From NCBI RefSeq assembly GCF_006345805.1, contig NC_043024.1, positions 17,050,001-17,114,000 on the forward strand: a stretch of DNA of 64,000 nt, read 5' to 3'. A program made the translations under genes and the position numbers. The notes under the pieces are model-generated. The model saw only the letters and a program-made list of their open reading frames with translations, was not told the DNA's origin and did not search any database. Below are positions 52,953-64,000 of the stretch, one piece after another; within the stretch, counting starts at the first letter, position 1, and each line of letters opens with the position of its first letter. Origin of the DNA: Octopus sinensis. Lineage: Eukaryota.

Positions 52953-54206
52953 TTGTGTGTCTGTGTTTGTCCCCTCAACATCACTTGACAACCGATACTG
53001 GTGTGTTTACATCCCCGTAACTTAGCGGTTCAGCAAAAGAGACCAACAGAATAAGTACTAGGCATCCAAAGAATAAATCCTGGGGTCAATCTGCTCGACT
53101 AAAGGTGGTGCTCCAGCATTGCCACAGTCAAATAACTGAAACAAGTAAAAGAGTAAAAGAGAGGGTTGCAAACCTGGAAAAGTGGATATTAAATAATGAT
53201 GATGATGTTTATTTTATTCTTACATACATTAGTGCAAAACCACAAATTTGTAGTTTGGGGAGGACTCAATCAATTCTGTGCCTAACTGGTTCTTGGCTTA
53301 TCTTTGTGTGACCCTGGTGTGTGGTTGCTGATGATGACCTTGGCATGGTTTGAACTTATTGACATATTTGGATCTCTACCATTCCTGTTACACTTTCTTT
53401 GTAAATTTATCATAATGCTATCACTGTTTAAAACCAAAATCTATACCCCTAAACAGATTACACATTTATAAATAGCCAGCCTGGACCACTGAGAAATGTT
53501 TTCATGCTGTATGCAGGGCTATATTAGTGCTTGTTATAGATTAGGAACTCCAGAACTTACAATTGGCCTGACCAACCATCTGCTGTGTTATAACAATCTA
53601 TCTCATTATATGATATGTTTAGTTATCAAAAGCATGTTGTTCCAACACTCGTTAGAGAAAATAGCTTCTTACTCTACTTTGGTATTCAAAAAAAGAATTA
53701 GTTGATCAATATGAACCACAACAAAATACTAATGTTATATACTGTGCAATAAATCTTAGAAAAATAACAAAATATAAACATCAATATAAACATGTCTTCG
53801 TACAAAACATATCGTATTTTAAAAGAACATTTTTAGTAAACATATTTTGTACTGTGTTACAAGGCATACTTTAAAATAATTATGCACTCATTGTTTACAG
53901 TTCTCAGGTGCATTACAACGCATTAGAAAAACTAACAAAAGTGCATTAACAGTATATAGAATAATGCACTGGAAGTGAACAGTGAAGGGGTTGTTCACAA
54001 GAAGGAAAAAAACAGGTGGGGTCACCAGGTGTACTGTTGGCAAGTTTCATGAAGGATGTAGTCTCCCCCGATAGCTTATAACTGATGCAGGTAATTTATT
54101 CTGTGTGTCAGCAATTCTGGGATCTTGATTCAAACGCATGTCTTGTTACACAAATTGAATCAAGAGACATCACCTTAAAGTACACCTTTGTTACAGAGAA
54201 CATCTT

Positions 54207-54600
54207 ACACTCCGTTGAGTATGCACACTGACATTACACATCCATCGGATCATACTGGCTTCATTACTTGTGAGCTTACACATGTCCTCAGCAGTCACAG
54301 CCCATGTTTCACTGCCATGTAGCATGGCTGTTTGTACATGTGCATCGTACAGTCTACCTTTTACTCTGAGCGAGAGGCCCTTTGTCACCAGCAGAGGTAA
54401 GAGTTCTCTGAACTTTGCCCAAGCTATTCTTATTCTAGCAGCTACACTTTCAGTGCACCCTCCTCCTCTACTGACTTGGTCACCTAGGTAATGGAAGCTA
54501 TCAACTACTTCTAGTTTTCCTCTCTGGAATGTGGCGAAAGTTGTTCTCTGCACATTTCAGTGTTTATTGCTCCCGAGCATCTGCCTCATACAAAAACTAT
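54207..54600 (-). pseudogene. RTE RT fragment nearly identical to 51975-52356
   Basis: ORF 54191-54553 matches ORF 51826-52308. Confidence 0.9.
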
Positions 54601-55238
54601 CACCTATCTATGAAATTCACTACAAAATATATTTTGCCACAAAAGCATCTTGTTGAAAAGAAGCACAAACTTTTACAACAAAATGTGAAGACGAGATGAC
54701 AAGGGAGAAGAAGATGTGGTGATTTGCTGCACTTGATAAGACATGTCAAGCTCAATATAAGCACTGTCTTCCACACACACAGGCTTCTCCTTTCAGGTGC
54801 CAGTGCCACTTAAAAAACACCTGTGCAAGTGCTGCATTAATGCACCCGTGCTAATATTACGTAGATGTGTTCATGCTGGTGGCACTTAAAAGGCGCCCAG
54901 CACACTCTCTTAAGTGGTTGGCATTAGGAAAGGCATCCAGTCATAGAAACCATGCCACAACAGACACTTGGAGTCTAGCCAGCTCTCTGTCAAACTGTCC
55001 AACCCATGCCAGCAAGGAAAGCAGATGTTAAATGATGATGAGGATGATAGAATCTACAGTGTAACAAAACGTATTACAAAACATTGTCCCAAATTATAAT
55101 GTATTGCACTAAGAGATGAATATATTACAAAACATATTGTGTTTCATAACAGACCATGTTACAGACAATAACACACCTGACAATAAATCATGTGACAAAC
55201 TGGTATGCAAATTATATTTGTGTTACATATACAATATA

Positions 55239-55610
55239 TCTCTCTATATATAAACGGCAGTTTGTCTGTGCGTGTTTCTGTGTGTCTGTTTTCTCGTACC
55301 CTCACTCTGACCACGGCTTTCAACCGATTCTGATGAAACTTAACACACACATAGCCCAATGTCATAATTCAAAACTAACGCAGCGAAAATTTTGAAAAGT
55401 TCCCCCAGTTCTGAAAAAAATCGATAAATTCGACATGGGGTCGAGAATCAGAAACACAAACCGCAAACTGTCTAGGGGACGCAACTCCACCTTTTTTTAC
55501 TCTCAAAAAAATTTACCATCATTTTTTTCCATTTTTTGGCTATAACTCTCTAAAAATGCTTTATAGTTATTTCCCTTACAAACCCGAGCAACGCCGGGCG
55601 ATACTGCTAG
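55239..55610 (+). mobile_element. Non-autonomous Helitron
   Basis: A|TC 5' end, CTAG|T 3' end, subterminal hairpin CCCGAGCAACGCCGGG about 12 nt from the end, no TSD. Confidence 0.8.
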
Positions 55611-55739
55611 TTGCTTTATAAACCGCGTACCTTATTATAAGATTATGTTAGCATTGCAAATCCTAAAAGATGTATACTATGTCGTTCATCTAGCTTTGCA
55701 TACTTATTTCTATATGTGCATGCACTTGTGAGGTGGGTG

Positions 55740-56110
55740 GGGGGCTGTGTCATAAGCAGCATACTTACCAACCACATGGTTCCAGGTTCAATTGTACTGT
55801 GTGGAACCTTGGGCAAGTGCCTTCTACTGTATATCCTCTGGCCGACAAAAGCCTTGTAAGTGGAATTGGTAGATGGAAACTGAAAGAAGCCCATCGCATA
55901 TATGTGTGTGTGTATGTGTTTGTCCCCTCACCATTGCTTGGCAACCGATGCTGGTGTGTTTACATCCCTGTAATTTAGCGGTTCGGCAAAAGAGACAAAT
56001 AAAATTAGTACTAAACTTACAAAGTCCTGAGGTCAATTTTCTTGACGAAAGGTGGTGCTCCAGCATGGCTACAGACAAATGACTGAAACAAATAAAAGAA
56101 TAAAAGAATA
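55740..56110 (+). mobile_element. SINE family A
   Basis: Colinear with 9045-9455. Confidence 0.85.
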
Positions 56111-56329
56111 TGCATAAGTACATATATATATATCCACACACACATTATATACATATATAATTCTAAGAGAGTTAGAGGTTGTGAATCCAACCAAGGGATA
56201 ATATCTATCCAATATACTGCTGGTAGAATACCCAATTATCAATACACAAGTGTTTTTTTATTGCATGGCAACGAATGTAATAAATGGGTGAGGATAAAAA
56301 GTTGTTTTACCCTTAATTTATACAGCAGT

Positions 56330-56676
56330 AAGAAAATGGAGGGAATCAAGAGGTGGTATTCATAAACTTTTAGCCATTATATTGTGTCTATTTATTTAAA
56401 AAAAAAACAATTATAACAATATACATACATGTGTAACATATTATGCTTTACATATATAAAAATACCAGTGATTATTAAAATATATAATGTAGAACACAGA
56501 AAATAGAATGTTCTACATTATATATTTTAATAATTACTGGTATTTTTATATATGTAAAGCATAATATGTCACACATGTATGTATATTGTTATAATTGCTT
56601 TTTTTAAAAAATAAATAGACATAATATAATGTCTAAATATTGATGAATACCACCTCTTGATACGCTCCATTTTCTT
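56330..56676. repeat. ~345-bp AT-rich foldback palindrome
   Basis: AAGAAAATGGAGGGAATCAAGAGGTGGTATTCAT ... ATGAATACCACCTCTTGATACGCTCCATTTTCTT; ~11-nt loop at ~56498-56508. Confidence 0.85.
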
Positions 56677-57124
56677 TTTGCCATATATATATATATATAA
56701 ATATATATAAAATATGAAAAGTCTTCATGACTGTTACTTTAATATATATATATATATATGTCATGTGATGATGTGACTGACCAGGCTAGCAGATGTTGTT
56801 ACACATTGCTGGCCACAGTGCACTTTTGCATTGTTTTAGCCTTCAAAGACATCATCTCATTGGCTAGGCAAGCAGGCCAACATTCTCCCACTGATCAAAA
56901 GGAGGAGTGGAGCAACGTGAAATGAAATGTCTTGCTCTAGAACACAACACACTGCCCGATCATGGAATCGAACCCACGATCTAGCGAGTGTGAGTGCAAC
57001 AGCCTTACCACTCGGCTACACACTCTCATCTATATGTATGTGTGTGTATACATATATATACACACACAGTACAGAACTAAAGTAATACAAAGCAAAATAA
57101 CAATAAACAAGAATATAAATATTT

Positions 57125-57433
57125 GATATCAATAGAATCTTTATTGCCTGAAAGTTTCAAATTTCATTCTGGTTGTGACATTATTAACCCTTATACAGAT
57201 TGGTCGATCTGTTAGCCTGCCATAATTCTACTAGAAACAAGACCAGGCTGATATCTTCAAGAATATCTATAATATTCTTTGTCCACCAAGATTCAGATAT
57301 TTTATTTCCAGAGTTTTAAATAATACCCCTCTTTCATTCATTTTGAATTGTGTCGTAAAAATGATTTCACCTGCTTTAGTATCTAGAAGCCTCAACGAGT
57401 TTCATGTCCACAGGGTTAAATTATATTTCGTTC
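57125..57433 (-). other. Candidate terminal exon (short coding end plus 3' UTR) of a minus-strand gene
   Basis: Acceptor TTTTATTCTTTATAG|G at 57434/57433; longest frame xTKYNLTLWT* (stop 57402-57404); AATAAA at 57145-57140 followed by a GT/T-rich tract. Confidence 0.45.
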
Positions 57434-57489
57434 CTATAAAGAATAAAACTGGAATGGAATGGAATTGTGGATATACTTCAATATCTTTC

Positions 57490-57850
57490 TTCTTCATCAC
57501 CACGATCATCGTTGTTATTATCATCACCACCATCATTACTACTGCCATAATCATCATTACTGCCATCACCACCACCACCATCATCATCATCACCACCACC
57601 ACTAACACCACCATCATCATCATCTTCACTGCAATAATCATCATAACCACCACCACCACTACCTCCATCAACATGTCATTCTCTATCCTAGCTGTCCATG
57701 GGTTGCCTGTGTGTCATCTCTAGTACAGCATCTTGCCATTTATTGTAATCCTCTCTTATCTCCTTTGTAAACTTCAACTTTCTGAGATCAAATTTCACTG
57801 CTTCTTCTCCTATATTCCTCTTTGGTATTCCTCTTCTGTAAATTCCTCTC
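57490..57850 (-). mobile_element. Very old RTE 3' end with (GAT/GGT)n tail
   Basis: RRGIPKRNIGEEAVKFDLRKLKFTKEIREDYNKWQDAVLEMT resembles the RTE C-terminus seen elsewhere in the window. Confidence 0.55.
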
Positions 57851-58329
57851 ATGTTGGTCCCTTCTTGCTCCTTCTTCACCCAAACCTCATCCTCCATGTT
57901 CACCTCACGTTTCCTCCTGCACACTCTTCTCCCCTGCATGCTTCTTCTTACATGTGATTTGCACCTAATCTTTCTCTCAGTTTATTTGTCCTCTGTTGTC
58001 CATGGACACCAGTGGTTCTCAACCAGGGTCTTCGATGTGAAGGGGTCCCAATGCAAATACATATATCTTTTTTCCAGTGATGAAAAGTTACTGATCTCGA
58101 AAAAGTGTAAACAAGCAATAATAAATCTCTGAACGAGGTATAAACAGTAGCTGCACGACAATGTGAAGTATATTTATCATTTAAATGTGGCTAACCACTA
58201 AGGGTGGATACTACTGTAGTTTGTAGCCCAGGAGAACATCATCTCCAGTTGGCTATTGACACACTTTCTGTGCCCTATCAGTATTTGCAAAGGGAAGCCA
58301 TCCTTCTCATCTCCAATCTGACGTGATAT

Positions 58330-58372
58330 GCATGGACCCTGCTTTCTGGGTATTTACCCGTTGTCAGCGCAC
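58330..58372 (-). ncRNA. Minimal hammerhead motif (decayed)
   Basis: GTGCG-CTGACAA-C-GGGT-AAAT-ACCC-A-GAAA-G-CAGG-GTC-CATGC. Confidence 0.55.
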
Positions 58373-58640
58373 TACAATCACTGGTCTTTGATGCGAAGGG
58401 GTCCCAATGCAAATACATATATCCTTTTCCCAGTGACGAAAATTAGCATACACCCTTAGTGGTTAGCCACATTTAGGTGGCAAATATACTTCACATTGTT
58501 GTGCAGTTACTGTTTATACCTCGTTCAGAGATTTATTATTGCTTGTTTACACTTTTTCGAGATAAGTGACTTTATGTCACTGGAAAAAGGATATATGTAT
58601 CTTCATTGGGACCCCTTTGCATTGAAGACTGGTGATTGTC

Positions 58641-58683
58641 GTGCGTTGACGACGGGTAAATACCCAGAAACCCGGCTCCGTGT
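58641..58683 (+). ncRNA. Minimal hammerhead motif (decayed)
   Basis: GTGCG-TTGACGA-C-GGGT-AAAT-ACCC-A-GAAA-C-CCGG-CTC-CGTGT. Confidence 0.55.
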
Positions 58684-59325
58684 GTAACATGTTAGGTCAA
58701 CGATGGGAAGGATGGCTTCCCTTTGCAAATACTGTTAGGGCACAGAAAATGTGTCAATAGCCAGCTGGTGAAGATGTTCTCCTGGGGCTACAAGCTACAG
58801 TAGCATCCAGCCTTAGTGGTTAGCCACATTTAAATGGCAAATGTACTTCACGTTGTTGTACAGCTACTATTTATACATCGTTCAGAGATTTATTATTGCT
58901 TATATATTAATAATTATAACAAGGGATTGGCAATAAGCCTCTCCACATGCTGGAAAAATAGATGCCAACAGATGCTATTACCACCTTAAGATCTCCGAGA
59001 ATACCACACGGGGTTGTAGGCGAGCAAAAGTAAGATGATAAATTAAACTTTTGGTTAACCATGTACAAGATCCTATTTCAAGTAAAAAAAAAATATTGCT
59101 CACTGCTCTCATCAGCAATGATATTCCATAGAATAAATTTACGAGAATCCACACATATGCGTACGAGTGACGTCATCGTACAGCCAGTAAATGTGCACAC
59201 TCGTAGAAATACACAGTAAAGTAGAATTCACATCACCCTTTTACAACCACATGTACTATGCAGTAGTTTTTATTTCTGCGCTGAACCCCTGGTAAAATCA
59301 TTAATGATTTTTATCCTTTATTATA

Positions 59326-59357
<32 letters not shown>

Positions 59358-60493
59358 GTATGTATATGTTTATACGTCTGTGTTTGACAACCGATAGTGT
59401 GTTTACGTTCCTGTAACTTTGCAGTTCGGCAAAAGAGACTGATAGAATAAGTACTATGCTTACAAAGAATAAGTTCTGGCATCGGTTCATTCGACTAAAG
59501 GTGGTGCTCCAGCATGGCCACAGTCAAATGACTGAAATAAGCAAAAGAATAAAAGAATACATACATATACACAGTATAAGTGCAGTATAGAATATACAGC
59601 CATATGATGTAGGGATATAGAAAATTATGCTATATAAATTAGTATGATATAAGATGGTGTATATATTTATGTGCAGCAGTGTTTTATATATAACAGTGTG
59701 TATATATGTAAATGTTCTACTGGAATTGAATTCATTTTTCCATCGAACTTATCTGTTTTTTCCGATTTACTTTAATTCCCTTCTTTTGATAGAGAATATG
59801 ACAATGAAAGGTCACACACACAGGCACATACATATACATACAGGGTGTCTACATACATACATAAATATACAAGTATGTACTCATATATACATTTATATGT
59901 TTATGTATATATATTGTGTATATATATATATATATACATTTATATAAACATATATATATATATATACATACACACATTTATGCACTCTTTACTCTATTTG
60001 TATAGAAATGTTTTCCATAGAATTTTCAACAAGATTTAATGTGGTAATTCTCAGTAATTCCAACACAAAAATAATTTTCTTTCTTTCTTTCTTTTTTGCT
60101 TTTTTTCTTTCTTTTTTTCATATCTTTTCCCCTTGAAATTTTCTTTCTGATCATGTATTTTTTTTAAAGTTTCATTTATTTTACATATTTATTAATTCAT
60201 TTCTCAAATTTATTTATTTATCTTTTTTTGAAAATTTCTTTTTTTATTTACGTTTCTTTTCAATGGAACGAATAAAGAATTTCTTTACAACTCTTTCACG
60301 GAATGAGATTAACTCTTTCTCTTTTGTTCACAAAGTTATTCTGTGACCGATTTATTTTACAAGTGACGCAGTCAAAGATTAAGTTTATTCTGCTTACGCA
60401 AATGTAGCACCTAGTTGGTTTACGCAGTGAAAAAGGGTGTGTATGCTTGTATACATACATGCATACATCAATAACTACAAACATATATACATA

Positions 60494-60710
60494 TGATGGG
60501 GTACTGAAAGGTTACTGGCTGTAATGGTATCATGAAGGGCCAGGCTGGAGGGCTAACCTTCTAAGTTCTTTTACAGGGCTTCAAAAAATTGAAGGACTGC
60601 TGTAATAAGTGTGTGTATCTGAGAAGGGGATATGTTGAATAAAATCATAATCAACTGGTCCTCCTGTATTTTCTTTTACCCAAAGCCTGGAACTTTTCTG
60701 CACTCCCTCA
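60494..60710 (+). mobile_element. Mariner-derived MITE
   Basis: TA flanks; diverged TIRs TGATGGGGTACTGAAAGGTTACTGGCT / AGCCTGGAACTTTTCTGCACTCCCTCA; KCVYLRRGYVE* transposase-end remnant. Confidence 0.65.
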
Positions 60711-60976
60711 TACATACATACATAAATACATACATGCAACGCTAAATTTATCATTGTATTTAGGTGTGCTGAAGCACAGAGCCCTGTTGACCATAGGGTG
60801 AGGGGGCCATCTTCCTGCCCCCAAAATATTTTACAATGAATTTCTTGAGCATGTATGCTTGACTATCCAAGTAAGGGACCTCATAACTTAACTAGCACAG
60901 AGCTACATTTGTCCTAAATCTGGTACTGCATACATACATACATACATACACACATGCACACATACACACACACATG

Positions 60977-61018
<42 letters not shown>

Positions 61019-61242
61019 TACATTACTGGGGCCTTGGAATATGTAACACACTACCTAAATGCCAATTAGGCTTCTCAAAACCAGCTCCAGATTCAATCCA
61101 TCAGTGAAACTGTCAAAATCTGTAAAACTTTCCAGAAGTTTATCATTTCAATATATATATGAGTTTATCTAGATATGCAGCTATATGCATGAGAATACAT
61201 ACAGAAAACAAAACATACAAATCTGCACGTATACATACATAC

Positions 61243-61642
61243 ATAGGTGTAGGAGTGGCTGTGTGGTAAGTAGCTTGCTTACAAACCACATGGTTCAGTC
61301 CCACTGCGTAGCACCTTGGGCAAGTGTCTTCTACTATAGCCTCGGGCTGACCAAAGCCTTGTGAGTGGATTTGGTAGACAGAAACTGAAAGAAACCAGTC
61401 GTATATGTGTATATATATGTACGTGTGTGTGTATATGTTTGTGTATCAGTGTTTGTTACCCCAATATCGCTTGACAACCAATGCTGGTGTATTTACGCCC
61501 CAGTAACTTAGCAGTTCAGCAAAAGAGACTGATAGAATAAGTGCTAGGCTTACAAAGAATAAGTCTTGGGGTTTATTTGCTCGACTAAAGGTGGTGCTCC
61601 AGCATGGCCACAGTCAAATGACTGAAACAAGTAAAAGAGTAT
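61243..61642 (+). mobile_element. SINE family A, full length
   Basis: Colinear with 9045-9455. Confidence 0.9.
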
Positions 61643-61906
61643 ACATACATACACACAAAAATACCTTGTTGTTGATGTTGAAATTCCAAGGAAATCTTGA
61701 AATCTTAGCAAGAAATCTTCAAGTAAAACTGAACAACGACATACATACCAACACACACATGCATGCACACTCACTGTTAATTCAAGCGGGGCCAGAGGAA
61801 AGGTCCATTAGACCAGCTGAGAACAAGTATCACACTCTCTTGTATCAAGCACTCCTTCTCCAGATCATTAGCCAACAATGTATGTATATATATGTATGTA
61901 TGTATA

Positions 61907-61980
61907 TCCATCCATCCATCCATCCATCCATCCATCCATCCATCCATCCATCCATCCATCCATCCATCCATCCATCCATC
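61907..61980. repeat. (CCAT)n microsatellite
   Basis: Direct inspection. Confidence 0.95.
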
Positions 61981-62289
61981 TATATATATATATCATATAT
62001 GTTATATATATATATATATGTATATCATATATACGTTTAAATATTTGTTGTGCAAGATTTTTTATCATATATATATCATATATGTTATATATATATATTA
62101 TATATATATATTATCATATATGTTATATATATATTTATATATATATATATATATCATATATGTTATGTTATATATATATATATATGTGTGTGTGTATGTG
62201 TGTTATATATCATATATATGTTATATATATATATATATATACTACGTTTATTGGCTAAACTGGCAATATGACCATTCCGAAATATAACA

Positions 62290-62320
<31 letters not shown>

Positions 62321-62519
62321 ATATCATATATGTTATATATATATTTATATATATATATATATCATATATGTTATGTTATATATATATATATGTGTGTGTG
62401 TATGTGTGTTATATATCATATATATGTTATATATATATATATATACTACGTTTATTGGCTAAACTGGCAATATGACCATTCCGAAATATAACAATATATA
62501 TATATATATATATATATAA

Positions 62520-63682
62520 ATCAAAATCAAAACAAATCAAAATAGATGAACATCAATGAAATCTGTATCTTTGTGGTACCAGTGCCGGTGGCACACACTT
62601 TGTGGTACCAGTGCCGGTGGCACACAAGAGAACCATCCGAACGTGGCCGTAGCCAGTTCCGCATCGACCGGCCTCCGTGCTGTGGGCACGTAACAAACAC
62701 CATCCGATCATGGCCGTTCGCCAGCCTCATCTGGCACCTGTGTCGGTGGCACATAAAAACACCTTCCGAAGACCCGGCAAGACTAGTCAGTCCACCTGTG
62801 CATACCTTCCTCTTGTGACACCTGTGAAGACCGGTTGAGGCAAGTGAAAATCAAATCAAATCAAATCAAATCAAAATAGACAAATAGATGAACATCAATG
62901 GAATTTGTATCTTGTGGTACCAGTGCCTGTGGCACACAAGAAATCCATCAGTGCTGTAGTCAGTGCGGTGGGCACATGACAAACCTCATCCGATCGTGGC
63001 CGTTCGCCAGCCTCATCTAGCACCTGTGTCGGTGGCACATAAAAACACCATCCGAAGACCCGGCAAGACTAGTCAGGGCATAACCCATGGCCCCTACCTG
63101 GGACGTAGTCAGTCCACCTGTGCATACCTTCCTTCTTGTGACACTTGTGAAGACCTGTTGAGGCAAGTGAAAATCAAATCAAAACAAATCAAAATAGATG
63201 AACATCAATGGAATTTGTATCCTTGTAGTACCAGTGCCGGTGGCACGTGGCACACAAGAAAACCATCCGAACGTGGCTGTAGCCAGTACCGCATCGACTG
63301 GCCTCCGTGCTGTGGGCACGTAACAAGCACCATCCGATCGTGGCCGTTTTGCCAGCCTCATCTGGCACCTGTGTCGGTGGCACATAAAAACACCATCCGA
63401 GCGTGGCCGTCTGCCAGCCTCGTCTGGCACCTGTGTCGGTGGCACATAAAAAACACCATCCGAGCGTGGCCGTTTGCCAGCCTCGTCTGGCACCTGTGTC
63501 GGTGGCACATAAAATCACCCACTACACTCTCGGAGTGGTTGGCATTAGGAAGGGCATCCAGCTGTAGAAACACTGCCAGATCTGACTGGACTGGTGCAGC
63601 TTTCGGGCTCCCCAGACCCCAGTTGAACCGTCCAACCCATGCTAGCATGGAAAGCGGACGTTAAATGATGATGATGATGATA
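62520..63682 (+). mobile_element. RTE 3' UTR, internally triplicated, ending in (GAT)n
   Basis: AAATAGATGAACATCAATG at ~62540, 62882 and 63192; ~62-bp repeats 63310-63515; canonical tail. Confidence 0.85.
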
Positions 63683-64000
63683 TCTAATATTAGGGAGTAT
63701 ATCCAAACTTGCAGGGAAAAATTAGATTTAGGATTAAATCAAATTTCACAGTATAAATATGAATTAAATTAGAGATAAAACCACTATTATATATATATAA
63801 AATTTAGAATTTTAATAATTTAAATTTTAAATTTTATATTTTTTATATATATTATATATAATATTAATTATATTTATTTCTTGTTTTTTATATTTTGGTT
63901 TTTGAGTTGCTTAATAGTGGTTTTATCTCTAATTTAATTTATATATGTTATATATATATATAGATATATATCAACAATCAAGGAACGGCCATGATAGGCC

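Larger units (their letters stand above)
58027..58900. mobile_element. ~357-bp monomer in partial tandem, head-to-head arrangement, with one hammerhead motif per monomer (Penelope pLTR/retrozyme-like)
   Basis: GGTCTTYGATGYGAAGGGGTCCC at 58027 and 58383 (period 356); inverted from ~58446 with CCTTAGTGGTTAGCC at 58454 and 58811. Confidence 0.7.

Noticed and set aside
63310-63515. Regularly spaced GTGTCGGTGGCAC hairpin repeats resembling a CRISPR array
   Set aside because: The intervening sequences are also repeated (62-63 bp tandem units); they belong to the RTE 3' UTR, and there are no cas genes in this eukaryotic DNA
62963-63664. 233-aa ORF with repeated WHLCRWHIK
   Set aside because: Read-through of RTE 3' UTR tandem repeats; frame not conserved in other copies

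Overview
Eukaryotic, AT-rich, very repeat-dense genomic DNA. The SINE, RTE and microsatellite families resemble those of octopus or other coleoid cephalopods (inference). Almost all ORFs in the supplied track are artefacts of (AT)n/(AC)n microsatellites or decayed transposons. The only well-supported host coding sequence is a ~1 kb probable terminal exon on the + strand (5117-6103; basic, Ser-rich, unidentified protein), and a short terminal exon of a second gene is plausible on the - strand (~57125-57433). The remainder comprises three tRNA-derived SINE families, RTE-clade LINE fragments, a decayed R4/Dong-like LINE, CR1-like remnants, Tc1/mariner, TTAA-type and Helitron non-autonomous elements, and mini/microsatellites. 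The most notable signal is a set of unrelated short elements, each arranged head-to-head (left copy on -, right copy on +), that carry minimal type-I hammerhead ribozyme motifs with a palindromic stem III, as known for Penelope-like elements. They include a near-intact copy (3341-3392), a tRNA-headed SINE with a hammerhead tail (19305-20248), a family with a swapped G3:C8 core (24703-24805) and a ~357-bp tandem monomer (58027-58900). All ribozyme calls were folded by eye and are untested. Repeat boundaries are approximate.
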